A DNA stretch of 64,000 nt from Sedimenticolaceae bacterium (GCA_050288625.1 JBNKEE010000046.1:5145-69144), one strand, 5' to 3'. Shown: positions 11,168-22,220, counted from the first letter of the stretch. Notes: generated by a model not told the origin, from the sequence alone. Program-made: numbers and translations.

Positions 11168-13417
11168 ATGTCCAATGAAATAAACCATAGCCTGGAAGGC
11201 ATCGAGCAGATGCCGCTAAAGGTCTTCACCGAGAAGGCATACCTGGATTACGCTATGTATGTGATCCTGGATCGCGCTCTGCCTCATATCGGTGATGGCC
11301 TGAAGCCAGTGCAGCGCCGCATCGTATACGCCATGTCTGAATTAGGGTTGTCCGCTACGGCAAAGTTTAAGAAGTCGGCTCGCACCGTTGGCGACGTCCT
11401 GGGTAAGTTTCATCCTCATGGTGATACCGCCTGTTACGAGGCCATGGTCTTGATGGCGCAGGATTTCTCTTATCGTTATCCCCTGATCGATGGACAGGGA
11501 AACTGGGGTTCGCCGGATGATCCCAAGTCGTTTGCCGCCATGCGTTATACCGAATCGCGCCTCACTGCATACTCCCAAGTAATGCTGTCTGAATTGGGGC
11601 AGGGCACGGTGGATTGGAACCTTAATTTTGACGGTACTTTACAAGAACCAGCTGTGCTGCCCGCGCGTCTTCCGAACCTATTGTTGAACGGTACTACGGG
11701 TATCGCCGTAGGTATGGCGACGGATATACCACCGCACAATCTGAAAGAGGTGGTCAGCGCCTGCATTCGTCTGTTGGAGAGCCCCAAGAGTAGTGTGGAA
11801 GAGCTGTGTGAACATGTTTTGGGACCTGACTACCCGACCGAGGCTGAGATCATCACCCCAAAAGATGAACTGCAAAAGCTCTATCAGACAGGCAGTGGCA
11901 GTGTGCGTATGCGGGCCAGTTTTGAGAAGGAGCAAGGTGAGATCGTAATAACCGCCTTGCCGCATCAGGTGTCTGGTGCCAGGGTATTGGAACAGATAGC
12001 CGCCCAGATGCAAGCCAAGAAACTACCAATGGTGGAAGATCTTAGGGATGAATCAGACCATGAAAATCCCACCCGTCTGGTGATTGTGCCCCGCTCGAAC
12101 AGGGTGGACGTAGAACGTATGATGTTGCATTTGTTTGCAACCACCGACCTGGAGCGTAGCTATCGGGTCAACATGAACGTGATCGGTCTTGATGGTCGAC
12201 CCCAGGTCAAAGATCTACGCGGCATGCTCAAGGAGTGGTTGGAGTTCAGGTTTGAGACGGTGCGCAGGCGCTTGGAGTATCGGTTGGGCAAGGTGCGGGA
12301 TCGACTGCATTTATTGGATGGTTTGCTCATAGCCTTTCTCAATATAGATGAGGTTATAAAGATCATACGCACCGAAGATGAGCCCAAGAATGAGTTGATG
12401 GTCCGTTTCGGTCTCAGTGATATACAGGCGGATTATGTATTAGACACCAAGCTGCGCCAGTTGGCTCGTCTAGAAGAGGTGAAGATCAGGGCCGAACAGA
12501 AGGAGCTGGAGCAGGAACGTGAACAGCTAGAGATCACTCTGAAATCCAAGCAGCGCATGAGGACCATGATCCGCAAGGAGTTGCTGGAAGATGCCGAGAA
12601 GTATGGGGACGAACGCCGCTCACCCATTATAGAGCGTGATAGCGCCGTGGCATTGGATGAAACGGAGATCGCCCCCAGCGAGCCGGTCACTGTGGTTCTA
12701 TCAGAGAAGGGTTGGGCTCGGGCGGCTAAGGGGCACGACATCGATCCGGCCGGTCTTAGCTTTAAATCTGGTGATGGCTATCTTGGCGCAGCAAAGTTGC
12801 GCAGTAACCAGTCGGCCGTGTTTATCGATAGTTGTGGACGCTGTTATTCTGTTCAGGCGCACACCTTGCCGTCTGCACGCAGTCAAGGTGAACCACTTAC
12901 AGGGCGTTTGGCGCCACCCAATGGCGCCACTTTTCGTGCGGTGATCGGTGGCGAGCCGGAACAGTGGTATTTGGTGGCCTCTGATGCTGGTTATGGTTTC
13001 CTGGTTCAGAATAAAGAGCTGCACTCTAAGAATAAGGCCGGGAAAGCCCTGCTTACACTACCTAAGGGTGCGAAGGTGCTAGCCCCCTCGGTAGTGACAG
13101 ATATGGAGACAGACCGGGTGGTGGCGATTACCAACGAAGGGCGTATGTTGGTGTTTAATATAGCTGATCTACCTGTCCTCAATCGTGGTAAAGGAAACAA
13201 AATCATAGGTATCCCGCCCAAGCGTGTGGCCAGTAGAGAAGAGTTTGTTGTTGCGATTGCTGCTGTACCGGAATCTGGTAAGTTGATCGCCTATTCTGGT
13301 AAGCGCTACATAGCCTTGAAGCGTTCTGATCTGGAACACTATGAAGGTGAGCGTGGACGCAGGGGTAGAAAATTACCGCGTGGTTTTCAGAAGGTGGATG
13401 CCGTTTCCGTTGAGTAG
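11168..13417 (+). CDS. parC: DNA topoisomerase IV subunit A
   Basis: 749 aa. [28 protein letters not shown] and active-site AMRYTE motifs, with a C-terminal beta-pinwheel region. Confidence 0.95.
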   Translation: MSNEINHSLEGIEQMPLKVFTEKAYLDYAMYVILDRALPHIGDGLKPVQRRIVYAMSELGLSATAKFKKSARTVGDVLGKFHPHGDTACYEAMVLMAQDFSYRYPLIDGQGNWGSPDDPKSFAAMRYTESRLTAYSQVMLSELGQGTVDWNLNFDGTLQEPAVLPARLPNLLLNGTTGIAVGMATDIPPHNLKEVVSACIRLLESPKSSVEELCEHVLGPDYPTEAEIITPKDELQKLYQTGSGSVRMRASFEKEQGEIVITALPHQVSGARVLEQIAAQMQAKKLPMVEDLRDESDHENPTRLVIVPRSNRVDVERMMLHLFATTDLERSYRVNMNVIGLDGRPQVKDLRGMLKEWLEFRFETVRRRLEYRLGKVRDRLHLLDGLLIAFLNIDEVIKIIRTEDEPKNELMVRFGLSDIQADYVLDTKLRQLARLEEVKIRAEQKELEQEREQLEITLKSKQRMRTMIRKELLEDAEKYGDERRSPIIERDSAVALDETEIAPSEPVTVVLSEKGWARAAKGHDIDPAGLSFKSGDGYLGAAKLRSNQSAVFIDSCGRCYSVQAHTLPSARSQGEPLTGRLAPPNGATFRAVIGGEPEQWYLVASDAGYGFLVQNKELHSKNKAGKALLTLPKGAKVLAPSVVTDMETDRVVAITNEGRMLVFNIADLPVLNRGKGNKIIGIPPKRVASREEFVVAIAAVPESGKLIAYSGKRYIALKRSDLEHYEGERGRRGRKLPRGFQKVDAVSVE

Positions 13418-13434
13418 CTGTCTGGAGTAGTTAA

Positions 13435-14484
13435 ATGAAAGAGTCGGTAAAAGAGTACTATGGAAAGGTGTTGGCGGGTACGACCGATCTTAAGACAGAT
13501 GCATGTTGTACTGATACTGGGTTGCCTGATTATCTGAAGACGGCCATGTCTAATATACATGTGGAAGTTGCTGCGCGATATTACGGCTGTGGCTTGGTTG
13601 TGCCGCATGTTTTGGAAGGAGCGCGTATTCTGGATCTGGGTAGTGGTTCTGGCCGCGATTGCTATCTGTTGGCGCAGCTTGTGGGTGAACATGGATCCGT
13701 GGTTGGTGTTGATATGACCGAGGAGCAGTTTGAGATTGCCAATACTCATATTGAGTGGCACCGGGATAGATTTGGTTACGCTAAATCAAACGTAGAGTTC
13801 AAGCTGGGGTATATAGAACGTCTGGATGAGCTTGGTTTGGAAGACGACAGCTTCGATATCATTGTCTCAAACTGTGTAATAAACCTTTCGCCAGACAAAG
13901 AGGCCGTGTTGAAAGAGGCTTATCGATTACTTAAGCCTGGTGGCGAACTCTATTTTTCCGATGTCTATTCCGATCGCAGGGTACCACAGGAGTTGCTGCA
14001 GGATCCTGTGTTATACGGAGAGTGTCTCAGTGGCGCCCTTTATTGGAATGACTTTCTGCGCTTGGCCGCCAGCGTTGGATTTACCGATACGCGTCTGGTG
14101 GAGGATCGTCCGATCGCTATCGATAATCCAGATATTGCGCAACGCATCGGCCACATCAATTTCTATTCAGCTACCTATAGACTATTCAAGATAGAAGGCC
14201 TGGAGAACGCATGTGAAGATTATGGTCAGGCCGTAGTTTATAAAGGCGGAATTGAGAACAGTGAGCATGTCTTTCTTCTGGATAAGCACCACGTAATTGA
14301 AAAAGGTCGCCAATTTCCAGTTTGTGGTAACACCTTCCGCATCCTAAATGGGTCACGCTTTAGCGACTATTTTGAGTTTTATGGCAATTGGGATACCCAC
14401 TTCGGCATATTTGATGGTTGTGGAACAGATTTACCTTATGACGCAAAAATCAGCTCTCAAGATGATGTGGGTAGCTGCTGTTAA
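13435..14484 (+). CDS. arsM: arsenite S-adenosylmethionine methyltransferase
   Basis: 349 aa. Class I SAM motif ILDLGSGSGRD plus the four ArsM-type cysteines in context (KTDACCT, YYGCGLVVP, VSNCVINL, YGECLSGALY). Starts 18 bp after the parC stop. Confidence 0.8.
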   Translation: MKESVKEYYGKVLAGTTDLKTDACCTDTGLPDYLKTAMSNIHVEVAARYYGCGLVVPHVLEGARILDLGSGSGRDCYLLAQLVGEHGSVVGVDMTEEQFEIANTHIEWHRDRFGYAKSNVEFKLGYIERLDELGLEDDSFDIIVSNCVINLSPDKEAVLKEAYRLLKPGGELYFSDVYSDRRVPQELLQDPVLYGECLSGALYWNDFLRLAASVGFTDTRLVEDRPIAIDNPDIAQRIGHINFYSATYRLFKIEGLENACEDYGQAVVYKGGIENSEHVFLLDKHHVIEKGRQFPVCGNTFRILNGSRFSDYFEFYGNWDTHFGIFDGCGTDLPYDAKISSQDDVGSCC

Positions 14485-14506
14485 ATTCGCTGTTGCTCGG
14501 TAATCG

Positions 14507-16573
14507 TTATGCCCTATGTTTTACCTGACCCTGATCTGATGCCGGCAGCCATATAGTGAATGTTGTCCCCCGGTTTATTTCACTCTCGACTTCGATATGA
14601 CCTCCGAGCTTATCCACAAGAGTAGAGTAGGCTAGCGAAAGTCCCTGACCCGTTCCCACGCCAGCCTTCTTTGTGGTGAAGAAGGGGTCGAATATCTTTG
14701 AATGTAACTCTGTGGGGATGCCGGTCCCATTGTCGCTTATAGAGATTATTGCCCAGTCATCATATTTTCTTGTTTGTATATATATCTCGCCATTTCTTGA
14801 TGTATCTATTTCCTTTGCTTCTTTTATAGCGTGTGCCGCATTTACAATCATATTAAGTATCGCCTGATCAAACTCCCCTGAGATACAAGGAATGGTTTGC
14901 AGGTTGGAATCAAGCTCTGTGGATATGTCAGCATCATATTTCCATTCGCTGCGTGATATGTTGATAGCGTTTTCTATGACAGGGTTGATATCAACAAATT
15001 CCTTTTCATGTGTTCCTGGATGTGAGAAATACTTCATTGACTTTACGATGTTTGACACCCTATCTACACCCTTCAAAACCTCTCTTATAGCGCAGGGTAT
15101 TTCTTCCCGAAGTTCATCCAGCTCAATCTCATTAGTCAGAGATTTTGTGTTAGTTACAGCTTCTTCTAGTTGGTGGCTATACCCAGTTGAGTTATGAAGA
15201 CGGTCATATGCCTTAAATAACGATTCTATGTCTTCGAATGCCTCTTGTAGGAAATGTGCGTTATCCCCAATAAATTGAATTGGAGTGTTAATTTCATGCG
15301 CTATTCCAGCAGCCATCTGTCCAAGAGATTCAAATTTTTGTATTTGTTGTAGCTTGGTCTCATGCTCTTTTGCTGTAGATTCAGCCTCCTTCCTCGCTGA
15401 TATGTCATGTAACATAATTAAGTGAGCGAATGATCCGTTCCACAAGGTCTTGCTTACGTTTACCTCGGCCACTACAGTGCTGCCATCATCTCTAGTGATT
15501 TTCAACTCGGTACTGCTTTCGGTATCCAGTGGATACTCTAGGTCTCTTTCAACGAGATCTGATCGCTCTTTACCGATTATCTCTTCTGCAGCTCCGTTAG
15601 CGTATACGCAGATGCCAAGTCTGTTAACGGCAAGTATGCCGATGTGGTTTCTTTCAACAACGTTAAGAAACATCTCTTTGCTCGCCCGTTGTGAGGATTC
15701 GGCCAGCTTGATTTTTGTAATGTCATGTATTGAGCATATGATGTGCCACTCATTATTGTACTGAAATGCGGATGCAGATAGTTCTATTGGAAATACAGAA
15801 CCACTTCTGTGTTTTGCAGCAAGTTCGATAGTGTGATTTACCGAGAGATCGATGTTGATTGTAGATAGGTTGGTGATCTCATTTAGAATGTCAATATGAT
15901 CCTGATTCTTAACCAAGATAATGTTTAGGTTCTTGCCTAATGCTTCATCTGCTGAATAACCAAACATATGTTGGGCTGCGTTATTCCAGTATGTAATCTC
16001 GAAAGAGGTGTCAATCATTACGACCACATTGTGTCTGCTGAAGGTTATTCCATGGAATAGTCTTTGAGTGTTTTGTTGTAGTGTGTCGTATGCAGGCTCC
16101 GCCAGGGAATAATCTGTTGCGTTGTATGACCTTAATATGGAGCTGTCTATGTCTTCAATTAACGGTGTCCTGATAGAGGGTTGGTTGTCTCTAAGTAGTA
16201 AGGTGTCCTTGATAAGTTGAACAAGTTCATCAGGATTCCACGGTTTTTCTATGAATGCATGCAGGCAACCGCTGTGGATGGAGTCGGCCACCTTTTTGTG
16301 GTCGGCGTGGGACGTGATAAGTATGCGCAAAATATGGGGCCAGTAGGAACAGATCTGTTGCATAAGGTCTGTGCCGGGCATGCCAGGTATCGCGATCTCA
16401 GATATTACAAGATCGATCTGAACCTGTTGTATTATTCCTATAGCTTGGTCACCACTGTTTGCTTGGATGCATGTGAAGCCGTGAGGAGTAAGTGTGTCTT
16501 TGAGTGAATCTAGGATCACTTGTTTACCATCAACAAGTAGTAGTGTTTTAGTTAGGTCGGCGTTGGCTGGCAT
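14507..16573 (-). CDS. hybrid sensor kinase: N-terminal (pseudo)receiver - PAS - PAS - HisKA/HATPase
   Basis: 688 aa. CheY-like fold at aa 10-125, two PAS-like blocks, H-box AAGIAHEINTPIQFI, N-box NMIVNAAHAI, G-boxes SDNGTGIP and GVGTGQGLSL. Confidence 0.85.
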   Translation of the reverse strand: MPANADLTKTLLLVDGKQVILDSLKDTLTPHGFTCIQANSGDQAIGIIQQVQIDLVISEIAIPGMPGTDLMQQICSYWPHILRILITSHADHKKVADSIHSGCLHAFIEKPWNPDELVQLIKDTLLLRDNQPSIRTPLIEDIDSSILRSYNATDYSLAEPAYDTLQQNTQRLFHGITFSRHNVVVMIDTSFEITYWNNAAQHMFGYSADEALGKNLNIILVKNQDHIDILNEITNLSTINIDLSVNHTIELAAKHRSGSVFPIELSASAFQYNNEWHIICSIHDITKIKLAESSQRASKEMFLNVVERNHIGILAVNRLGICVYANGAAEEIIGKERSDLVERDLEYPLDTESSTELKITRDDGSTVVAEVNVSKTLWNGSFAHLIMLHDISARKEAESTAKEHETKLQQIQKFESLGQMAAGIAHEINTPIQFIGDNAHFLQEAFEDIESLFKAYDRLHNSTGYSHQLEEAVTNTKSLTNEIELDELREEIPCAIREVLKGVDRVSNIVKSMKYFSHPGTHEKEFVDINPVIENAINISRSEWKYDADISTELDSNLQTIPCISGEFDQAILNMIVNAAHAIKEAKEIDTSRNGEIYIQTRKYDDWAIISISDNGTGIPTELHSKIFDPFFTTKKAGVGTGQGLSLAYSTLVDKLGGHIEVESEINRGTTFTIWLPASDQGQVKHRA

Positions 16574-16719
16574 ATCACTTCATCTCCCTGTGGCTGCGTC
16601 CTGATTACTTGGGTTCCTAAAGTAAAAGAACTACTTGCCGATAACACTACAATACAGGGAGTATAGACCGTAGTTTTGACCTATGTTCAAGTTTTTGTAG
16701 TACTTTTTAGGGGCTGTTC

Positions 16720-19700
16720 ATGCCTGATCATCAGCCGTACATAAAGAAAATAATACTACAGTTCCTAAGGTTGGTGCTGCCGTGGACTGCGCTGCTATTA
16801 GGTGCGCTCCTCTTCTTCTATCTCATTGAGGTGGATGTAGAAAAGAGCAAGATCGAGACGAATGAGTCTTTGAATGTTGCGATCGGTAAGAAGGTTGTAG
16901 CCAAGGATCTTGATTCGGTACGTACTGATCTGTTAGTTCTTGCAGGAAATAACAGATTCGTAGATTTCATCAACCGGCCTATCCCGCGTGATGTCAGGCA
17001 TCTCGCGAACGAGTTCCTGGTTTATGCAAAAAATAAACAACTGTACGATCAGGTTCGGTATATCAATGAGAAGGGCAAGGAAGTTGTCAGAATAAATTAT
17101 GCGAATGGCAAAGTAACTCTTGTACCGCCGTCAGGGTTGCAGGACAAGTCTGATCGTTACTATTTCTTAGAAGCGTTAGCTCTGGAAAAAGGTGATGTCT
17201 ACGTATCTCCTTTCGATTTAAACATTGAACATGGGGGTGTTGAGATCCCTTATAAGCCTATGATTCGTTTTGCCACGCCAGTGTTCAACAGAGATGGGGG
17301 CAAAGTAGGGATAGTGATCCTCAATTACTTTGGTTCCAGGTTGCTTGACAATCTAAGGCAGAGCCTGGCTAATATCATTGATCACACCATGCTGCTTAAC
17401 TCTGAAGGTTACTGGTTACTAAGTCCAGAACGGGAGAAAGAGTGGGGCTTTATGCTGGGCTCCGGTGCAGTATTCGGCGCAAGCGATGCGGAAGCATGGA
17501 AGATAATAAAAGGTTCAGACTCAGGGCAGTTCTATAACGACAGAGGTCTATATACCTACGATACCATCTATCCTTTGAAGGAGGTGGGGCCAAGAGATAG
17601 GGTGGGTGATATAGCCTCTGTGCGGAGTGATGCTGTAAATGCGTATCAATGGAAGCTGGTTTCTCATCTATCCAAGGATAGGATCGATTCCATCGCCTCC
17701 GGAATGGTCGAAAAGATACTATTTTTCATATTGCCGCTTTATGTGATCTTTCTATTAGGTGGGGCTTGGCTGACCGTTATCAGAGTCAGGCAGGCAGAAA
17801 CCGAACAGGGTTTGCTGATAAGGGAAAAGGCGCTGATGGCGGCGGCAAACATGGTGGTTATCACAGATACGGATGGTGTCGTACAGTGGGTCAATCCCGC
17901 TTTTACGGAGTGCACGGGATATACCTTTGATGAGGTGGTCGGCAGTAGTGCTCAAATGTTGAAATCGGGTAAACATGACATCAACTTTTATAAGGAGCTG
18001 TGGGATACCATTAATGCCGGTCATGTGTGGCGAGGTGAGTTTATAAATAAAAAGAAAGATGGAACTCTCTACCATGATGAGGCAACCATAACGCCGGTGA
18101 AAGACAAAACCGGCAATATTGTTCGTTACATCGCAATAAAACAGGATATTACTGAACGAAAGAAGGCGGAAGAGAGATTACGCAAAAGCAAGGCAAACCT
18201 AGCCTATGAGATAAAGCGTCGTGAAAGAAAAGCGGTTGAAGATGAGGTGATGGCAACCCTGTTTCAGTTGGCGCTTACCTCAATACCGCTGAAAGAGTAT
18301 CTGAATCAGTCCATTGAATCGCTTGTTATATCTGTGCCTTGGTCCGGTATCCTTCCAAAAGGCGCCATCTTCCTTACTGGTAAGGATAAGGAGATATTAC
18401 GGTATACAGCTGCGCACAACATGAGCGCTGAGGTCGAAGAGCGTTGTGCTACTGTCCCGTTTGGAAAATGTCTCTGTGGCAAGGCTGCGCTGAATAGGGA
18501 GATTACATATTCTTCATGTGTTGATCATAGTCATGACGTTAGCTTCCCGGAGGTACCGAAACATGGGCACTATGCAGTGCCGATTATGGATGATGATGAT
18601 GTCATTGGTGTGATGTTGGTATATCTGCCAGAGCAACATGAACGCGATATGCATGAGGAGATCTTTCTTGGCAGGGTTGCAGATATCATAAGTATGGGCA
18701 TAACACGTCGCTATGCCAACCTCTCACTGATTCGGGCTAAGGAAGAGGCGGAAGCAGGATCCAGGGCCAAGAGTGCATTTCTTGCCGCAATGAGTCACGA
18801 GATCCGTACTCCGATGAATGGAGTCCTCGGTATGTCTGAATTGCTCATGGATACATCGCTCAACGAAGAGCAGCAGGAGTTTGCTGAAATAATCATTACT
18901 TCCGCCAGGGCGCTGCTGACTATAATCAACGACATACTGGATTTCTCCAAGATTGAAGCAGGCAAGATGGATTTATCACCTAGCAACTTCGATCTGGAGA
19001 GAGCGGCCTATGAAGTGACTCAGCTGATGCTGGGCGAGGCTGAAATGAGAGGCCTTGAATTGATGTTTCAGTATGAGCCCGGATGCCATAAATGCTTCCA
19101 TGCCGACGCAGGACGTATACGTCAGATCCTAATGAACCTTATCGGAAACGCCTTAAAGTTCACCTCGGAAGGCTTTGTGTCGGTAAACATTAGCGGCAAA
19201 CAGCTTGATGATAAACATATGGAGATGAGGGTATCCATACAGGATACAGGCATAGGGATAGAGTCTAACGTGATAAAGGACATTTTTCAGCCATTCTCAC
19301 AGGCGGATGTATCCACCACGCGCAAGTTCGGGGGGACCGGCCTCGGACTTACCATATGCAAACAGTTGGTAGAGATGATGGATGGTGCTATAGGTGTAGA
19401 TAGCGCCCCTGGGGTTGGATCAACGTTCTGGTTTACGTTGCGCCTGCCTATGGTCGAGTCTATGGATGCGATACCGGAAGCTGACCTGGAAGGCGTTCGG
19501 GTACTAGTGGTAGACGATAGTGAGGTCAATCGTCGATTGCTTCAGGAGCAGCTCGAATATATGTTCATGAATGTTGATTCGGCTGCAGATGCAGATGAAG
19601 CCGTTAGGATGCTCAAAAAGTCCTTGGCAAAGAACGATCCATATAGGCTGTTATTGCTTGACCACCACATGCCGCAGATAAGTGGTGAGGAGTTGGGTAA

Positions 19701-20736
19701 GATCATACTTTCGGATAAAGAGCTGTCTGGAACTTCATTGATATTGCTGACATCGGCAGGACAGCGTGGGGATGGGAAGCGTTTTAAAGACCTTGGGTTT
19801 TCGGCCTATCTTACTAAACCAGTGCATAGTGAAACGTTACGCCACACTATGGCAGGAGTTTTGGGGTTAAAGCAGGAGTCTAGAGAAGAGCAGGTATTCC
19901 TGACAAGTTATCATGTCCCAAACCCTGAACATGGTACTACAGAATTCAAAAAGAAATATGCAGGTCGACATATCATCCTGGCCGAAGACAACCTGGTCAA
20001 CCAAAGGGTGGCCTGTACCCTTCTTAAGAGATTGGGTCTTGAGGTAACTGCTGTAGATAACGGCAAAAGGGCGATCGACGCATGGCGCAAAGCAGGATGT
20101 GATCTGATTCTAATGGACTGTCAAATGCCGGAGATGGACGGCTATGAGGCCACGAGAAATATTCGGCATATTGAAAAAGAGCAGGGTGGACACGTCCCAA
20201 TAGTAGCCCTAACAGCCAATGCCATGGAGACAGACAGAGAGAGGTGTTTTGATTCAGGGATGGACGACTACGTGGCTAAGCCATTCAAACAGAGGCTGTT
20301 GATCACAGTGTTGCAAAGATGGCTCTCTGTCGACGGCGGCGCTATGCTGGAGGATGAGCGCGCCGTTCAGACACAAGATCCAATAGAGAACGAAGAGGCG
20401 ACTATCGACAGGACAGTGTTCGAGAGTCTAAAAGAGCTTATGGGAGATGAATTCTCGGTCCTGATCGATGCCTACAAGGAAGACACGACAGAGTTTTTGC
20501 GCATATTGAAGGATGCGTGTGAAAAAAATGATCATGCATCACTACAGGTGCCATCCCATAGCATGAAGTCAAGTAGTGCGAATATCGGTGCGATGAGACT
20601 TTCAGCGCTCGCTAAGAAATTAGAGGAACAGGTGCGTTCAGGCACTTTAGAGAATGTGGCGCAGCAGGTATCCGAGATAGAAAAAGAGTTTGGGAGGGTT
20701 GTTGAAGAGTTAGGGAGTGTAACCAGAGAAGCATAA
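16720..20736 (+). CDS. hybrid sensor histidine kinase: TM - Cache-like periplasmic domain - TM - PAS - GAF - HisKA - HATPase - REC - REC - Hpt
   Basis: 1338 aa. Two TM segments flank a periplasmic domain of about 290 aa. PAS (VITDTDGVVQWVNPAF), H-box MSHEIRTPMNGV, N-box LMNLIGNALKFT, GGTGLGLTICK. Two receivers (VLVVDDSEVN..LLLLDHHMP; ILAEDNLVNQ..LILMDCQMPEMDG). Hpt HSMKSSSANIGA. Confidence 0.85.
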   Translation: MPDHQPYIKKIILQFLRLVLPWTALLLGALLFFYLIEVDVEKSKIETNESLNVAIGKKVVAKDLDSVRTDLLVLAGNNRFVDFINRPIPRDVRHLANEFLVYAKNKQLYDQVRYINEKGKEVVRINYANGKVTLVPPSGLQDKSDRYYFLEALALEKGDVYVSPFDLNIEHGGVEIPYKPMIRFATPVFNRDGGKVGIVILNYFGSRLLDNLRQSLANIIDHTMLLNSEGYWLLSPEREKEWGFMLGSGAVFGASDAEAWKIIKGSDSGQFYNDRGLYTYDTIYPLKEVGPRDRVGDIASVRSDAVNAYQWKLVSHLSKDRIDSIASGMVEKILFFILPLYVIFLLGGAWLTVIRVRQAETEQGLLIREKALMAAANMVVITDTDGVVQWVNPAFTECTGYTFDEVVGSSAQMLKSGKHDINFYKELWDTINAGHVWRGEFINKKKDGTLYHDEATITPVKDKTGNIVRYIAIKQDITERKKAEERLRKSKANLAYEIKRRERKAVEDEVMATLFQLALTSIPLKEYLNQSIESLVISVPWSGILPKGAIFLTGKDKEILRYTAAHNMSAEVEERCATVPFGKCLCGKAALNREITYSSCVDHSHDVSFPEVPKHGHYAVPIMDDDDVIGVMLVYLPEQHERDMHEEIFLGRVADIISMGITRRYANLSLIRAKEEAEAGSRAKSAFLAAMSHEIRTPMNGVLGMSELLMDTSLNEEQQEFAEIIITSARALLTIINDILDFSKIEAGKMDLSPSNFDLERAAYEVTQLMLGEAEMRGLELMFQYEPGCHKCFHADAGRIRQILMNLIGNALKFTSEGFVSVNISGKQLDDKHMEMRVSIQDTGIGIESNVIKDIFQPFSQADVSTTRKFGGTGLGLTICKQLVEMMDGAIGVDSAPGVGSTFWFTLRLPMVESMDAIPEADLEGVRVLVVDDSEVNRRLLQEQLEYMFMNVDSAADADEAVRMLKKSLAKNDPYRLLLLDHHMPQISGEELGKIILSDKELSGTSLILLTSAGQRGDGKRFKDLGFSAYLTKPVHSETLRHTMAGVLGLKQESREEQVFLTSYHVPNPEHGTTEFKKKYAGRHIILAEDNLVNQRVACTLLKRLGLEVTAVDNGKRAIDAWRKAGCDLILMDCQMPEMDGYEATRNIRHIEKEQGGHVPIVALTANAMETDRERCFDSGMDDYVAKPFKQRLLITVLQRWLSVDGGAMLEDERAVQTQDPIENEEATIDRTVFESLKELMGDEFSVLIDAYKEDTTEFLRILKDACEKNDHASLQVPSHSMKSSSANIGAMRLSALAKKLEEQVRSGTLENVAQQVSEIEKEFGRVVEELGSVTREA

Positions 20737-20880
20737 AAAGCCATGCGCGTAAAAGTGTCCACAAAAGTGGTGCTAGATCAGCCGGAGCGAAGCGGATGTC
20801 CCAGCACGCGTTTTTTGCGGGCGATCTTGAACAAATTGTTATGCGCATTAGACATCAAATACCCTCGCTAACATTCCTTG

Positions 20881-21333
20881 CTAAGGAATAAGCATGCTAA
20901 CCATGAGGTTCATTGATACCAAGAATATCAAAATACACCCACAAGATATAAGCAAGGCAGCTAACAAGACCGATATTGAATTATTTGCTTTTTCTAAACC
21001 TGCAAAAGCATAGTTTGAAGTTATTGCTGAAAACAAGACTGGCACAATAAGAACACAGATAAATAATATTAAATTTGTATGTTTGCTCCATATCATTATT
21101 GTAAAAGGATCGTTTATCTTATTTGTAATAGATACGCAGCTTGAAAATGACACAATTTCTCGATAATTGTAGCAATCAATATTTTCTATCTTATTTGCCA
21201 GATAAAGCAAAAAAATAGAAATGGGTATTGAAATGGCACTCAATATGAATGTGTATCTAATCATCTTGGTTTTACGCATAACATCTAAGTAGAAGGCAGT
21301 TTGCCCTCTAATCCGACTATTTCCCAGATTCAA
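20881..21333 (-). CDS. hypothetical small membrane protein (3-4 predicted TM helices), AT-rich orphan
   Basis: 150-aa ORF with a TTG start in the track; in-frame ATGs at 21279 and 21264 are more plausible starts. Very hydrophobic, with no recognisable family and no clear SD. Confidence 0.35.
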   Translation of the reverse strand: MNLGNSRIRGQTAFYLDVMRKTKMIRYTFILSAISIPISIFLLYLANKIENIDCYNYREIVSFSSCVSITNKINDPFTIMIWSKHTNLILFICVLIVPVLFSAITSNYAFAGLEKANNSISVLLAALLISCGCILIFLVSMNLMVSMLIP

Positions 21334-21602
21334 CAGGTAATTTGCTTGTTAATCCGCCGTATTACGCAAGATAGAAGGCAGGTTGCCCGAATATAGGCGT
21401 GCTGTTTGCCTTATATCTTCAAAAAGGGAGGGAGAGGTTTATATGATTCCACCTCCCTGTATCATTAATTATTTGCTAATTATCACAACCTTGCGGTTTG
21501 TCGTGATTACTACCTGCTAGTTTTACCAGCTATTTACCATTTCATCAATTCGGGCAATTTGCACTCTAAGTCCTAAAAATCGCGAATTGTTTCCAGAGTT
21601 AT

Positions 21603-22220
21603 CTAATTATAAAAATCTCCTAACCGCACCAAATCCTCCGGTCTGTCTACATCCCACAAGGTATCCAGCACGACATAGTCTAAATTAAGCTGTTTTAACC
21701 TAGATAAGGTTTGGCTAAGGACATCTTTTCCGCCCCAGTGAATGTCTTTGAAGATCCTACTGTTAAAACGACTTAAGCCGATCAGTATATATCCTCCATC
21801 TTCAGCAGGGCCAATGACCGCATCTGCGCCTGCCTGCAGTGCATGGAAGGCTTGGGTTATGTAAGCGCCATCAAGTGGAGGGCAATCCGTACCGATGAGT
21901 ACAGTGTTGTGATTATCCTTGACGTAACCTTGCATAGCATTAGCCATGCGTTCACCCAGGTCATCTCCTTGCTGGGGATGTAGTTGTATGCGGTATCTGG
22001 ACTGTGCGTGTTGGAAGTAGGGGTGGCGTGTATCTGGCCAACAGTAGAGTTCGACATCTGCAATATAGTGGTCATGGGCGATGCGTAGTTTTTGTTCCAG
22101 CATCTCCTGGTGCAGTCTAGCTGTTCCCTCCGCGCCAAGTGCAGGGATTAGTCGTTTTTTTACTTGCCCAGGAATGGGCGCCTTAGCAAAGACTACCAGC
22201 TTATCGCCAGGGAATAACAT
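21603..22220 (-). CDS. DUF2064/TIGR04282-type glycosyltransferase (arsenosugar-cluster associated)
   Basis: 205 aa. N-terminus LVVFAKAPIPGQVKKRL and GTDCPPL resemble the DUF2064 family. It lies 2 bp downstream of the GT2 gene in the arsS string. Confidence 0.7.
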   Translation of the reverse strand: MLFPGDKLVVFAKAPIPGQVKKRLIPALGAEGTARLHQEMLEQKLRIAHDHYIADVELYCWPDTRHPYFQHAQSRYRIQLHPQQGDDLGERMANAMQGYVKDNHNTVLIGTDCPPLDGAYITQAFHALQAGADAVIGPAEDGGYILIGLSRFNSRIFKDIHWGGKDVLSQTLSRLKQLNLDYVVLDTLWDVDRPEDLVRLGDFYN

